A stretch of DNA of 64,000 bases from Cryomorphaceae bacterium BACL11 MAG-121001-bin54 (GCA_905182255.1 CAJJAH010000003.1:28101-92100); one strand, 5' to 3'. Positions 51,135 to 62,186 are shown, counted from the stretch's first letter. A program made the numbers and translations. The notes: generated by a model from the letters alone, not told the origin.

Positions 51135-54070
51135 TTAGTAACCAAATACATCTCTTAATGTTAAGTGTTTTATCTCTCCATATTGTTGCAAAACCTCTAA
51201 GTCCAAATCGTCCTTAGAACCAAGTACCATAACTACCCTTACTCCACTAGCAATGTGTGAATTATGGAAATCTCTTAAACTTGACATATCGAAATTCTGA
51301 ACTGATTCATATACATCCTTTCTGTAATCATGATTAACTCCTAATTTTTGATGTTTTTCATATTCACTTAATACTCTTGATTTAGTTAATCGTTCAGTTC
51401 TTATTTTTTGCTCTATTCCCTCTTTAGCATTATTCATATTTGCTTCAGCTTCTGGCATAACATCCAATAATTCAGTCATTCCTAACATTGCGTCAGCTAA
51501 TTTATCAGCTTGAGTACCAATATAACTCATTAGATAATGAGAACTATTAGTATCCTTGGAAGAGTGTAAGTACTATAAACCGAATATGCTAAAGCTTTAG
51601 ACTCTCTCATTTCCTGAAAAACAATAGAACTCATCCCCCCTCCAAAATATTCATTGTGATAAGTAATAATTGGGAGCTCATTAAAATTAAACTTATTTCC
51701 CTTAGAGAGCATCATCACCTCAGCTTGCTTCATATCATAATCAACAACATATACTAAAGGCTTCTCCATATTATTTTCAATAAAATCTTTTTTAGCAGGA
51801 ATTACTTTCAGCTCAGTATTAGTAGTATGTAAAGCTGTTAATTTATCCTCTACAGCTAATATTTCATCAGGCCCATAATACAATATTCTATGCTCGTAAG
51901 AAGTTAAGTTATGTATTAAATCCAACAACTCAGTTGACGAAATATTACCTAATTCTTCTTCTGAAAGAATATTCATGAAAGAAGAATTAACCCCATACTT
52001 AGCATAATTACCCATTGCTCTCCAAAGAATAATTTGTCTGTCTAGTTTAGCATCAGCTCTCTTTTTAAGAATACTCATTTTTAACTCAGCCAAAGCCTCT
52101 TCATCAGCCACTGCACCTGATAGTATTGTTTCAAAAAGCGCTACTGATTCATTAAAATTATCTGACAATCCACTTAAAGTAACTTGTATCTTTTCAGCAT
52201 TACAACTTACTGAAAGCTCACAACCTAACTTATAAAATTCTTCTTCTTTTTGTGCAGGAGACATTTCAGCTGTTCCTAAATATTTTAAATAATCAACTGC
52301 TAATTTTAACCTGTTGTCATGGTCATTCCCCATATCTAAGATATAGTTCAATTTGAATCTTTCGTTTTCAGTATTCTCTTTATATATTAATGAAACATCA
52401 CCTACACTAGTTTTTTCAATATCATTTTCAAAGTCTAAGAAAACTGGCTCAATATCAGAAACCTCCTCTTTTAATAGATTCACTAAAAATTCCGATTGAT
52501 CTTCACGATTAACCGATACTGGAGTGATTGCTGGCTTAGTTACTTTCAATACTGATTTATCATCACCATTCCTTTTATAAACAACTACATAATTATCCGC
52601 ATACTTTGCATTTGCAAAATCAATAATTTCTTGCTTTGTTACCATCCCCAACTCAGCCATTTCATTTTGATGATCTTCCCAAGATATTCCTAAAGTAAAA
52701 GCATCAATAAATTCGTTTGCTCTTCCGCTATTACTTTCTAATTTCTTAATTTGATTTAGTTTCAAGTCAGAAATAATAGCCCCTAATAACCAATCAGGGA
52801 AATTTCCAGCCTTAACTTCTTCAATTTGTGCTAATAATAAATCTTTCACTTCTTCTAAAGTTTGTCCTTGTTTTGGACTTCCGTAAAAACCATGCATAGA
52901 ATAATCTTCTAAAACATAAGGGAAACAACCTCCACCAATTAACTCTTGTGCTTGATTTAAGTTCAAATCAATAAGACCTGCTGCAGAATTAGAAAGTACC
53001 ATATCCATCATAGTTAGCATTTTAGCATCTTCAGTATTTGCCCCTTCAAAACGAAAGCCTATATACAAACGTTCTGCTTCAGGCCCATAAACTTCACTAT
53101 AAACTGGTACCGAAATTGGCGCTTCTTTAATCACTTCGAAATTAGGATCATCTTTTCTTTCAAAGGTTCCCCAATATTTATTAATTAAAATAATTGTCTC
53201 ATCATAATCAAAATCACCTGACATACAAATTGCCATATTATTTGGCACATAATATTTATTAAAATACTTTCTAATTTCAGTTAAAGAAGGATTCTTTAGA
53301 TGCTCAATTGTTCCAATTGTAGTTTGTTGCCCGTATTGGTGCGTTGGAAACAAACCATCAAAAAGAGCTTCAAACATTTTACTTCCATCACTATCTAATC
53401 CTCTATTTTTCTCTTCATAAACTGCTTCTAACTCTGTATGAAACAATCTAAAAACAGGATAACGAAAACGCTCAGCTTCTAACTTTAACCATTTCTCAAT
53501 TTGATTAGATGGTATATCATTAATATAAACCGTTTTTTCATTAGAAGTGTAAGCATTCGTTCCTTTTGCACCTAAACCACTTACCATTTTATCATACTCA
53601 TTAGCAATAGCAAATTTTGCAGCCTCACCAGAAACAGAATCAATTTGTCTCCATACTCTTTCTCTATTGTCAGTATCATTCATGTCAATAGTTCTATACT
53701 CTTCATAAAGAGCTTCAATTTCATCTAACATAGGAGCTTCTTTATCAAAATCTAAAGAACCATAAATATCAGTTCCTTTAAATAACATGTGTTCCAAATA
53801 ATGCGCTAAACCTGTAGCATCAGCAGGATCATTTTTACTTCCAGCACGAATAGCGATATTAGTCTGTATTCTAGGTGCATCAGCATAAGCCGTCAAATAC
53901 ACTTTAAGGCCATTATCTAAAGTATATATTCTTGCATTTAACGGATCATTAGCGGTTGTTTCATAATTATTTTCAATTTTATTCATTTGTTCTTTTGCGT
54001 TTATTGCGAAATAGATTCCTGCTGCTACTATAAGCACAATGGTTAAAATTTGTTTTGGTTTCATATTCAT
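51135..54070 (-). pseudogene. M16 (insulinase/pitrilysin) family peptidase interrupted by a single frameshift (846-aa + 131-aa ORFs)
   Basis: HYLEHMLF (HxxEH) zinc motif in the N-terminal ORF. The 131-aa ORF continues the family's C-terminal region (SYIGTQADKL). Its reading frame is open upstream to ...KDTNSSHYLMSYIGTQ, so one indel near 51554-51559 (CCTTGG) rejoins the two ORFs. Confidence 0.75.
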
Positions 54071-54080
54071 TTATTTTCAG

Positions 54081-55841
54081 TTAATAATCAGGATCAAGCC
54101 CTAGTTTCATTCTTAAAGTTTCCAAATGAGGATTTTGCTCGATCATTTTGGCAAATTTATCTTTATTTGTGTAAGGTATATTACTTTTATCTCCTTTAAT
54201 TACCTTGGTTGTTATTTCAATATAATCATTTTCTAATTTATTTCTTAGAAACTCCAAAATCATATACTTCTCTTCTAGAATCATCTCTACTTGCGAATGA
54301 TTACTCAAAGGCAATACAATTAAGAAATTATCATTTAATTCTGGTAAAAAAACACCCAATGTAATGCCTAAATTAGATTTTCCCTTTTGTTTTACAAATG
54401 AAATTACTTCTTTCCAGCTTTCTAACATCTTTGTTGAAGAAAAATCAGCATTCCTAAGTTTTGAAACATCAATTTCTTCTTCAACATCTTTCTTTTCATT
54501 CATCTGCTTAAAAGCTGCAGTTATAGATAAAGTCTTGGACTTCTTTTTGGAAGACAAAGAAATTCTTGGAATAGATTTAGAAGATATATCAGCAACTTCA
54601 CTATTACCTTCAATTTCGGATTTTTTGTGACTTTCTGGCGTTTTTTCTATTTTTTTATCTATTTCAGCTACTTTTTCAACAGAAATATGCTTTTTTTCAT
54701 CATTTAATGTAACTATGAAACTTTTAGGACTTTTTTTTTCAGCCGTTTGATGCCCTATAGAAGAAATTCTCATTAATGATAATTCAACTAAGAGTCGTTT
54801 ATTGTTTGACTGCTTATATTGCACGTCACATTCGTTACATAAATTCAAAGCAGGAATTAAAAAACTTAACTCACAAAACTTGGACTGCTCAAAATACCTT
54901 TGTTTTAAAACCTCTCCTTTTTCTAATAACTGAAGTGTGCTTTCGTCCTTAGCAACAAGTATATCTCTTAAATGCTCGGACAAACCAATAATAAAATGAT
55001 GCCCATCAAATCCATTGTCCAGTATTTCATTAAATAGAAGTAAAAGTGCATTAATATCATTTTTTAAAAGAGCAGAAGTAACTTTAAAATAATATTCATA
55101 ATCCAAAATATTTAAATGTTCAATTACACCCTGATAAATAAGTTCTTTTTCCGAAAAACTAATCAACCTATCAAAGAGTGATAAAGAATCTCGCAATGAA
55201 CCATCTGATTTTTGAGCAATTAAATGAAGAGCTTCTTTCTCAGCTACAATCCCTTCACTTTTAGCAACAAAAGCCAAATGGTTAGAAATATCATTAATAC
55301 CTACTCTTTTAAAATCAAAAATTTGACACCTTGATAAAATAGTTGGAATAATTTTATGTTTTTCAGTTGTAGCTAAAATAAACTTAGCATGTTTTGGCGG
55401 CTCTTCTAAAGTTTTTAAAAATGCATTAAATGCCTGAGTTGATAACATATGCACCTCGTCAATAATGTATATATTGTATTCTCCTATTTGAGGTGCAAAC
55501 CGGACTTGATCTACTAATCTTCTTATATCATCAACAGAATTATTGGATGCAGCATCAAGTTCGTGAACATTGAATGATGCATTTTCATTAAATGATTTGC
55601 AACTAACACATTTGTTACAAGCTTCAATATTCTCGGTAATATTTTCGCAATTGACTGTCTTAGCCAAAATTCGAGCGCACGATGTTTTACCTATTCCTCT
55701 AGGACCACAAAATAAAAAAGACTGAGCTAATTGGTTCCTTTTAATCGCATTTTTTAAAGTGGATGTAATTGAATTTTGACCAACAACAGCATTAAAGGTT
55801 GAAGGCCTATACTTCCTAGCAGATACAATAAAATCACTCAT
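54081..55841 (-). CDS. dnaX: DNA polymerase III subunit gamma/tau
   Basis: 586 aa with Walker A GPRGIGKTS, a zinc module CxxCxxC (CENITENIEACNKCVSC), and DEVHML. Confidence 0.95.
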   Translation of the reverse strand: MSDFIVSARKYRPSTFNAVVGQNSITSTLKNAIKRNQLAQSFLFCGPRGIGKTSCARILAKTVNCENITENIEACNKCVSCKSFNENASFNVHELDAASNNSVDDIRRLVDQVRFAPQIGEYNIYIIDEVHMLSTQAFNAFLKTLEEPPKHAKFILATTEKHKIIPTILSRCQIFDFKRVGINDISNHLAFVAKSEGIVAEKEALHLIAQKSDGSLRDSLSLFDRLISFSEKELIYQGVIEHLNILDYEYYFKVTSALLKNDINALLLLFNEILDNGFDGHHFIIGLSEHLRDILVAKDESTLQLLEKGEVLKQRYFEQSKFCELSFLIPALNLCNECDVQYKQSNNKRLLVELSLMRISSIGHQTAEKKSPKSFIVTLNDEKKHISVEKVAEIDKKIEKTPESHKKSEIEGNSEVADISSKSIPRISLSSKKKSKTLSITAAFKQMNEKKDVEEEIDVSKLRNADFSSTKMLESWKEVISFVKQKGKSNLGITLGVFLPELNDNFLIVLPLSNHSQVEMILEEKYMILEFLRNKLENDYIEITTKVIKGDKSNIPYTNKDKFAKMIEQNPHLETLRMKLGLDPDY

Positions 55842-55867
55842 TTTAATTAAATTTAAAATACAAGATA

Positions 55868-55875
55868 CAAAACTA
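55868..55875 (-). promoter_or_regulatory. candidate -7 box (TAgtTTTG on minus strand) upstream of dnaX
   Basis: CAAAACTA on the plus strand, about 27 nt upstream of the dnaX ATG. Confidence 0.3.
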
Positions 55876-55954
55876 ACATTTCTTTCAAAAAGGCAGCTAA
55901 ATATTTAATCAAATTAAAAAACTATTCTAATTATGTAAAATTGAATCTTTTTAC

Positions 55955-55962
55955 TAAATTTG
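55955..55962 (+). promoter_or_regulatory. candidate -7 box (TAaaTTTG) upstream of rpsF-rpsR-rplI
   Basis: TAAATTTG lies 33 nt upstream of the rpsF ATG. No well-spaced -33 TTG was seen. Confidence 0.35.
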
Positions 55963-55995
55963 CCGCCCGTAAAATATTAACTAAAAAAACAAAAG

Positions 55996-56343
55996 ATGAC
56001 TACTTACGAAACTGTTTTCATTATGAATCCCGTTTTATCTGAAGATCAGGTAAAGGAAACAGTAAAGAAATTTGTTGACCACATTAAGGCCAACAAAGGA
56101 AAAATTACCAATGAAGAAAATTGGGGATTGAAGAAATTAAAGTACGCAATTCAAAAGAAAAAGACAGGTTTTTATTACCTAATTGAGTTTCAGGCTGATG
56201 GACAAGTTATTGGCGACTTTGAAGTTGAGTTTAAAAGAGACGAGCGTGTTATAAGATGGCAGACAGTAAAATTAGAGAAATTTGCTTTAGCATATGCTGA
56301 CAGAAGAAAAAAGAAATTAAGTACTAACGCAAAAGCTGAATAA
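55996..56343 (+). CDS. rpsF: 30S ribosomal protein S6
   Basis: Begins [18 protein letters not shown]..., 115 aa. Confidence 0.95.
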   Translation: MTTYETVFIMNPVLSEDQVKETVKKFVDHIKANKGKITNEENWGLKKLKYAIQKKKTGFYYLIEFQADGQVIGDFEVEFKRDERVIRWQTVKLEKFALAYADRRKKKLSTNAKAE

Positions 56344-56345
56344 TC

Positions 56346-56615
56346 ATGGGAAACAAAACAGACATAAAATACCTATCTCCGGTAGATATTGAACTAAGAC
56401 AACAAAATAAATATTGCCGTTTCAAAAAAATGGGAATAGATTATATTGACTACAAAGATCCTGAATTTTTAATGCGTTTTTTGAATGAGCAAGGAAAAAT
56501 TTTACCAAGAAGAATTACTGGTAACTCATTGAAATTCCAAAGAAGATTAGCTGTCTCAGTAAAAAGAGCAAGACAAATCGCTCTTTTGCCATATGTAGCT
56601 GATAATTTAAAATAA
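56346..56615 (+). CDS. rpsR: 30S ribosomal protein S18
   Basis: 89 aa, contains [27 protein letters not shown]. Confidence 0.95.
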   Translation: MGNKTDIKYLSPVDIELRQQNKYCRFKKMGIDYIDYKDPEFLMRFLNEQGKILPRRITGNSLKFQRRLAVSVKRARQIALLPYVADNLK

Positions 56616-56634
56616 TCATAAAACTTAAGGAAAC

Positions 56635-57078
56635 ATGGATATTATATTACAAGAAAATGTTGAGAAATTAGGTTTCAAAAATGAAATCGTCTCAGTAAAA
56701 AACGGGTACGGAAGAAACTTTCTTATTCCAAAAGGTTTAGGAGTTTTAGCAACTGAATCAGCCGTGAAAGTTTTAAACGAAAACTTAAAACAACAAGCTA
56801 AAAAAGAAGAGACAGAAATTGCTACAGCAAATAAAATTGCGGAAGCATTACCTAAATTAGAAATCACATTAAAAGGCAAAGTTGCTGAAGGTGGAACCAA
56901 ATTATTTGGTTCTATAAAAACATCTCAATTTACTGACGCTCTAAAAGCATTAGGACACACAGTTGATTCAAGTTTTGTAAAACTTCCTAAAGTAAAAGAA
57001 CTAGGCAAATATGAAGCAGAAGTGAGACTACACAGAATGGTTAGTGTAAATGTAGCCTATAATGTTATCGCTGAATAA
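56635..57078 (+). CDS. rplI: 50S ribosomal protein L9
   Basis: 147 aa, begins MDIILQENVEKLGFKNEIVSVKNGYGRNFLIP. Confidence 0.95.
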   Translation: MDIILQENVEKLGFKNEIVSVKNGYGRNFLIPKGLGVLATESAVKVLNENLKQQAKKEETEIATANKIAEALPKLEITLKGKVAEGGTKLFGSIKTSQFTDALKALGHTVDSSFVKLPKVKELGKYEAEVRLHRMVSVNVAYNVIAE

Positions 57079-57099
57079 ATAAATTAATACAAATAATTA

Positions 57100-57129
57100 A
57101 AAGCCGAACGTAACCGTTCGGCTTTTTTA
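57100..57129 (+). terminator. rho-independent terminator after rplI
   Basis: AAGCCGAACG-TAAC-CGTTCGGCTT followed by TTTTT. Confidence 0.8.
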
Positions 57130-57190
57130 TTGTCTAATTTTAAGATTATAATATCCCACATATTTTCAATATAAATAAAATGAAAATCAC

Positions 57191-57198
57191 TATATTTG
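57191..57198 (+). promoter_or_regulatory. candidate -7 box (TAtaTTTG) upstream of acnB
   Basis: TATATTTG lies about 45 nt upstream of the ATG at 57243. Confidence 0.3.
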
Positions 57199-57242
57199 TT
57201 TTAATATTTATTGAATAAATTCTTCATTTATAGTATTTGATT

Positions 57243-60020
57243 ATGAACACATATAAAAGCTACATAAATGAGATTAAGGATCGAAAATCTCACAATCTTA
57301 ACCCTAAACCAATTGAAAGTGATAAACTACTAAGTGAGATAATTGCGCAAATTAAAGATATCAATCATATTGATAGAGAAGAATCTATAAAGTTTTTAAT
57401 ATACAATGTTACACCTGGTACAACTAAAGCAGCAGGAGTAAAAGCAAATTTTCTAAAGGAAATTATTTTAAGCAAATTCACTACAAAGGAAATTACTGTT
57501 GATTTTGCATTCGAACTATTATCTCACATGAAGGGAGGTCCATCAGTCAAAATTTTAATTGACTTAGCTTTAGATAATAACAAGAATATTGCTAAAAAAG
57601 CAGCAAATGTTCTAAAAACACAAGTTTTTCTTTATGATGCCGATACAGATAGACTTAAAAAGGCTTATGTAAATGACAATAAAGTTGCTAAGGATATTTT
57701 AGAGAGTTATGCAAAAGCTGAATTCTTTACTCAACTTCCAGAAATAGATGAAGAAATAAACATTGTTACATATGTTGCTGGTGAAGGAGATATTTCTACA
57801 GACTTACTTTCACCAGGTGGAGACGCTCACTCTAGATCAGACAGAGAGCTTCACGGAAAATGCATGTTTGAACACAATATTAATCAACAGAATGAACTAT
57901 TAGCCATACAAAAAGAACACCCTAATAAGACAATTATGTTAATTGCAGAAAAGGGTACTATGGGAGTTGGTTCATCTAGAATGTCTGGAATAAACAATGT
58001 ATCACTGTGGATTGGTAAAAAGGCAAGCCCTTATGTTCCATTTATTAACATTGCACCCATAATAGCAGGAACAAATGGAATCTCTCCAATTTTCCTAACA
58101 ACTGTTGGCGTTACTGGTGGAATTGGTCTAGACCTTAAAAATTGGGTTAAAAAGAAAGATGTTAATGGAAAGACGGTTAATAATGATGATGGAGACCCTA
58201 TTCTTGAAGAAGTATACTCAATTAAAACAGGAACAGTTCTTACTATAAATACAAAGAAGAAGATATTATATAATGCAGACAAGGAGCTAATTGATATTTC
58301 CGCTTCATTCACTCCTCAGAAAATGGAATTTATGAGGGCAGGAGGCTCATATGCTATAGTATTTGGGAAAAAACTACAAACATTTGCTGCAAAAATTTTA
58401 AACACTGATATTCCTAAAGTATTTGCCTCTTCAAAAGAGATTTCTCATAAAGATCAGGGATTAACTGCCGCTGAAAAAATATTTAATAGGAATGCGGTTG
58501 GGACAACTACAGAAAAAATTCTACATGCAGGCTCTTATGTTAGGGTTGAAGTAAATATTGTAGGTTCACAAGATACAACTGGACTTATGACTTCTCAAGA
58601 ACTAGAAGCTATGGCTGCTACTACTATATCACCTATTATAGATGGAGCTTATCAATCGGGGTGTCACACTGCAGCTGTTTGGGATGAAAATTCACAGGCA
58701 AATATTCCTAGACTTATGAGTTTTATGAATGATTTTGGCCTAATAACTGCCCGTGATCCTCATGGTAAATATCTTGCGATGACGGATGTAATTCACAAAG
58801 TACTAAACGACATTACTGTAGATGACTGGTCAATTATAATTGGTGGAGATTCTCATACAAGAATGTCTAAAGGAATTGCTTTTGGGGCTGACTCAGGCAC
58901 AGTTGCTTTAGCACTAGCAACAGGCGAAGCATCAATGCCAATTCCTGAGTCTGTAAAAGTTACTTTTAAGGGGAAAATGATGGAGCATATGGATTTTCGC
59001 GATGTAGTACATGCTACTCAATCTCAAATGCTTGATAAGTATAGCGGAGAGAATGTTTTCCAAGGAAGAATTATTGAGGTTCATATTGGAACTCTACAAG
59101 CAGATAAAGCATTTACATTTACAGATTGGACTGCAGAAATGAAGGCAAAAGCCTCTATTTGTATTTCTGAGGACGACACATTAATTGAATCATTAAATAT
59201 TGCTAAAGGTAGAATTAAAATAATGATTAACAAGGGTATGGATAATAATAAAAAAGTTCTTCAAGGCCTTATAGATATAGCAAACAAAAGAATTTCTGAG
59301 ATTAAATCTGGTAAAAAGCCAGCATTGAAACCTGATTCAAACGCAAAATATTTTGCTGAATTTGAAGTAGATTTGGATATCATTTCTCAGCCAATGATAG
59401 CTGATCCTGATGTTAATAATGAAGATGTATCAAAAAGGTATACCCATGACACAATTAGACCTTTATCATTCTATGAAGGAGAAAAGAAAATTGATCTCGG
59501 TTTTATTGGCTCATGTATGGTTCACAAAGGTGATCTGAAAATTCTTGCTCAAATGCTTAAAAATCTAGAAGAAATTAAAGGGGAAATTAAATTTAACGCT
59601 CCTCTTATTGTAGCAGCTCCAACTTACAATATAATTGATGAACTTAAACTAGAAGGAGACTGGGACGTCCTACAAAAATATTCAGGCTTTGAATTTAATG
59701 ATAATGCTCCAAAAAATTCTGCTCGTTTAAAATATAAAAATATGATGTATTTAGAAAGGCCTGGATGCAATCTATGTATGGGAAATCAAGAGAAAGCTGA
59801 AAAAGGAGATACGGTTATAGCTACTTCTACACGCCTTTTTAAAGGTCGTGTAGTAGCAGATTCAGATCGTAAAAAAGGCGAATCATTACTAGCTTCAACA
59901 CCTGTAGTTGTGCTTTCTTCAATTCTTGGAAGAATCCCTACAATGGAGGAGTATCAAAGTGCAGTATCAGACATCAATCTAACTAAATTTAGACCACCAA
60001 AAAAGAGTTTATGCTCTTAA
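57243..60020 (+). CDS. acnB: bifunctional aconitate hydratase 2 / 2-methylisocitrate dehydratase
   Basis: About 925 aa. The layout is collinear with E. coli AcnB as I recall it: an N-terminal HEAT-like domain, then GSQDTTG, GGDSHTR, FIGSCM and PGCNLCMGNQ. I prefer the ATG at 57243 to the TTG at 57237. Confidence 0.9.
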   Translation: MNTYKSYINEIKDRKSHNLNPKPIESDKLLSEIIAQIKDINHIDREESIKFLIYNVTPGTTKAAGVKANFLKEIILSKFTTKEITVDFAFELLSHMKGGPSVKILIDLALDNNKNIAKKAANVLKTQVFLYDADTDRLKKAYVNDNKVAKDILESYAKAEFFTQLPEIDEEINIVTYVAGEGDISTDLLSPGGDAHSRSDRELHGKCMFEHNINQQNELLAIQKEHPNKTIMLIAEKGTMGVGSSRMSGINNVSLWIGKKASPYVPFINIAPIIAGTNGISPIFLTTVGVTGGIGLDLKNWVKKKDVNGKTVNNDDGDPILEEVYSIKTGTVLTINTKKKILYNADKELIDISASFTPQKMEFMRAGGSYAIVFGKKLQTFAAKILNTDIPKVFASSKEISHKDQGLTAAEKIFNRNAVGTTTEKILHAGSYVRVEVNIVGSQDTTGLMTSQELEAMAATTISPIIDGAYQSGCHTAAVWDENSQANIPRLMSFMNDFGLITARDPHGKYLAMTDVIHKVLNDITVDDWSIIIGGDSHTRMSKGIAFGADSGTVALALATGEASMPIPESVKVTFKGKMMEHMDFRDVVHATQSQMLDKYSGENVFQGRIIEVHIGTLQADKAFTFTDWTAEMKAKASICISEDDTLIESLNIAKGRIKIMINKGMDNNKKVLQGLIDIANKRISEIKSGKKPALKPDSNAKYFAEFEVDLDIISQPMIADPDVNNEDVSKRYTHDTIRPLSFYEGEKKIDLGFIGSCMVHKGDLKILAQMLKNLEEIKGEIKFNAPLIVAAPTYNIIDELKLEGDWDVLQKYSGFEFNDNAPKNSARLKYKNMMYLERPGCNLCMGNQEKAEKGDTVIATSTRLFKGRVVADSDRKKGESLLASTPVVVLSSILGRIPTMEEYQSAVSDINLTKFRPPKKSLCS

Positions 60021-60062
60021 AATAATAATAATTTAAAAATAAATATGTTTATGAAAATTATA

Positions 60063-61652
60063 TTATTCTTTTTGTAAAGCATTTTTATAATCATCAATTG
60101 CAACAAAATAATCAGGATCTTCTAATACGTTCACATCACATATTTTCTCTGCTCTTTTAATCAACTTTACACAATCAGCTGAAAGGTGGCGCAAATGTAT
60201 AGTTTTCCCATTTTTTTGGTAGCGCTCAGCTAATTTATTTAAAGCTTCAATAGCTGACTGGTCTACTATCCTACTATCGGCAAAGTCAATAATAATTTCT
60301 TTAGGATCACTTTTCACATCAAACTTTGAATTGAATAATTCAATAGAACCAAAGAAAACAGGTCCAAATAATTCATAATGCTTTATTCCATGCTTGTCAG
60401 TATACTTTCTAGCTCTAATCATTAAAGCATTTTCCCAAGCAAAAACTAAGGCAGAAACAATAACACCTGAAATAACAGCAATGGCTAAATCAAATACTAC
60501 GGTAAGAATTGTTACTAAAGCAATTACTAAAACATCAGAAAAAGGAACTTTATTCCAAATCTTAAAAGTATTCCACGCAAAAGTTCCAATTACAACCATA
60601 AACATTACCCCAACTAGAGCAGCAATAGGAATCATTTCAATATAGGCCGAAGCAAATAAGATAAATACTAATAATGCTAAAGCTGCTGTTATACCTGAAA
60701 GTCTTCCTCTACCGCCTGACTTGATATTAATTATTGATTGCCCAATCATAGCGCAACCACCCATACCACCAAAAAAACCATTAAGAATATTAGCAGCACC
60801 TTGCGCTACACATTCCTTGTTTCCATTTCCGTGAGTTTCTGTTAATTCATCAATTAAATTTAAAGTCATCAACGATTCAATTAAACCAATGGCTGCTAAG
60901 ATTAATGCATAAGGAGCAATAAAACCTAAAGTTTTTAAATTTAAAGCTATAATTGGTAAATTAAAAGTTGGCAAACCTGCTTTAATACCTTCTCCTCCAC
61001 CTTCAATAATAAATGATTTTACAGTTTGAGTATCAATATCCCCAAAGATTACAATAAGAGAAACAACAATAATCGCTACTAAAGCTTCAGGAACATTCTT
61101 TGTGATTTTTGGCAAGAAATACATAATACCCATGGTTAATGCTACTAATCCTAACATAATAAACATATCCCCTTGTTCAAGCCACATCCCTTCACTTTGA
61201 AACATTCCTAATTGTGAAGTAAAAATTACTATTGCTAGACCATTTACAAATCCCATCATTACTGAATGTGGTATCATTCTTACAAATTTTCCCATTTTAA
61301 ATATTCCAGCAAGGGCTTGAAAAACTCCAGTTAAAATTAAAGTAGCGAATAAAAACTGAAGACCCATCATAGCTCCTTCAGGGCCCATGGCATTTCCTTG
61401 TTTTACTAAACTCACCATTACTACTGCCATAGCTCCTGTTGCTCCTGAAATCATACCTGGTCTTCCACCAAAAACAGAAGTAACTAAGCCCATCATAAAA
61501 GCACCATATAAACCTATAATTGGCGATATTCCTGCAACAAAAGCAAAAGCAACTGCCTCAGGCACTAAAGCTAAAGCTACTGTAAATCCTGATAAAATAT
61601 CATCTTTTACACTTCCTTGACTTCTTGTAATAAATTTAAATGCTGATTTCAT
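60063..61652 (-). CDS. SulP family inorganic anion transporter with C-terminal STAS domain
   Basis: 529 aa, polytopic membrane protein with a soluble C-terminal STAS-like domain. Confidence 0.85.
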   Translation of the reverse strand: MKSAFKFITRSQGSVKDDILSGFTVALALVPEAVAFAFVAGISPIIGLYGAFMMGLVTSVFGGRPGMISGATGAMAVVMVSLVKQGNAMGPEGAMMGLQFLFATLILTGVFQALAGIFKMGKFVRMIPHSVMMGFVNGLAIVIFTSQLGMFQSEGMWLEQGDMFIMLGLVALTMGIMYFLPKITKNVPEALVAIIVVSLIVIFGDIDTQTVKSFIIEGGGEGIKAGLPTFNLPIIALNLKTLGFIAPYALILAAIGLIESLMTLNLIDELTETHGNGNKECVAQGAANILNGFFGGMGGCAMIGQSIINIKSGGRGRLSGITAALALLVFILFASAYIEMIPIAALVGVMFMVVIGTFAWNTFKIWNKVPFSDVLVIALVTILTVVFDLAIAVISGVIVSALVFAWENALMIRARKYTDKHGIKHYELFGPVFFGSIELFNSKFDVKSDPKEIIIDFADSRIVDQSAIEALNKLAERYQKNGKTIHLRHLSADCVKLIKRAEKICDVNVLEDPDYFVAIDDYKNALQKE

Positions 61653-61745
61653 TGTCTATTTTTAAAGGCGCGAAAATAAGTAAACTATCAAGCTAAAGCT
61701 TAAAATACCGCATAAAAAAACTTACGTAAAATGAATAAAAATTAA

Positions 61746-62186
61746 TTAATATTGTGGAATCTCTTTCAAAAAATTAATCTTATTGTTTTCATAATCTATA
61801 GCGCAACAAAAATGTTGCATCCCATTAGTTACTACTAAAAAATTAACCTTTAATTTGAAATTATATTTTGCAATTTGATCGAAAGTATCTTGTGTTATTT
61901 TAACTTCTGGAGCCTTGCACTCAACTATCATATTGGGCTTTCCCATATTAGTATATAAAATAATATCAGCCCTAGTTGATTGCCCATTATATTTTACTGT
62001 TTTCTCAACACCCATTAGACCTAAAGGATATCTTTTTTCCGAGTTCAAATAATGAATAAAGTGTTGGCGCACCCATTCTTCCGAAGTTAAAACCAAATAT
62101 TTTTTTCTTACTGTATCAAAAACTTGCGTAATACCTTTAACTAATTTAATTTTGAGGATCACATTCGGCAAATTTAATTGAGGCAT
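61746..62186 (-). CDS. HsdR-N-terminal-domain-like (restriction-endonuclease-fold) protein, stand-alone
   Basis: About 146 aa from MPQLNLP (ATG 62186; GTG 62198 and ATG 62192 are alternatives). The pattern ...RADIILY...PNMIVECKAP resembles a PD-(D/E)xK core. Confidence 0.6.
   Translation of the reverse strand: MPQLNLPNVILKIKLVKGITQVFDTVRKKYLVLTSEEWVRQHFIHYLNSEKRYPLGLMGVEKTVKYNGQSTRADIILYTNMGKPNMIVECKAPEVKITQDTFDQIAKYNFKLKVNFLVVTNGMQHFCCAIDYENNKINFLKEIPQY

Noticed and set aside
57179-57217. 12-codon hydrophobic upstream ORF (MKITIFVLIFIE) ahead of acnB as a leader peptide
   Set aside because: It overlaps the candidate -7 box, so it would probably not be fully transcribed. ORFs this short are expected by chance in AT-rich spacers.
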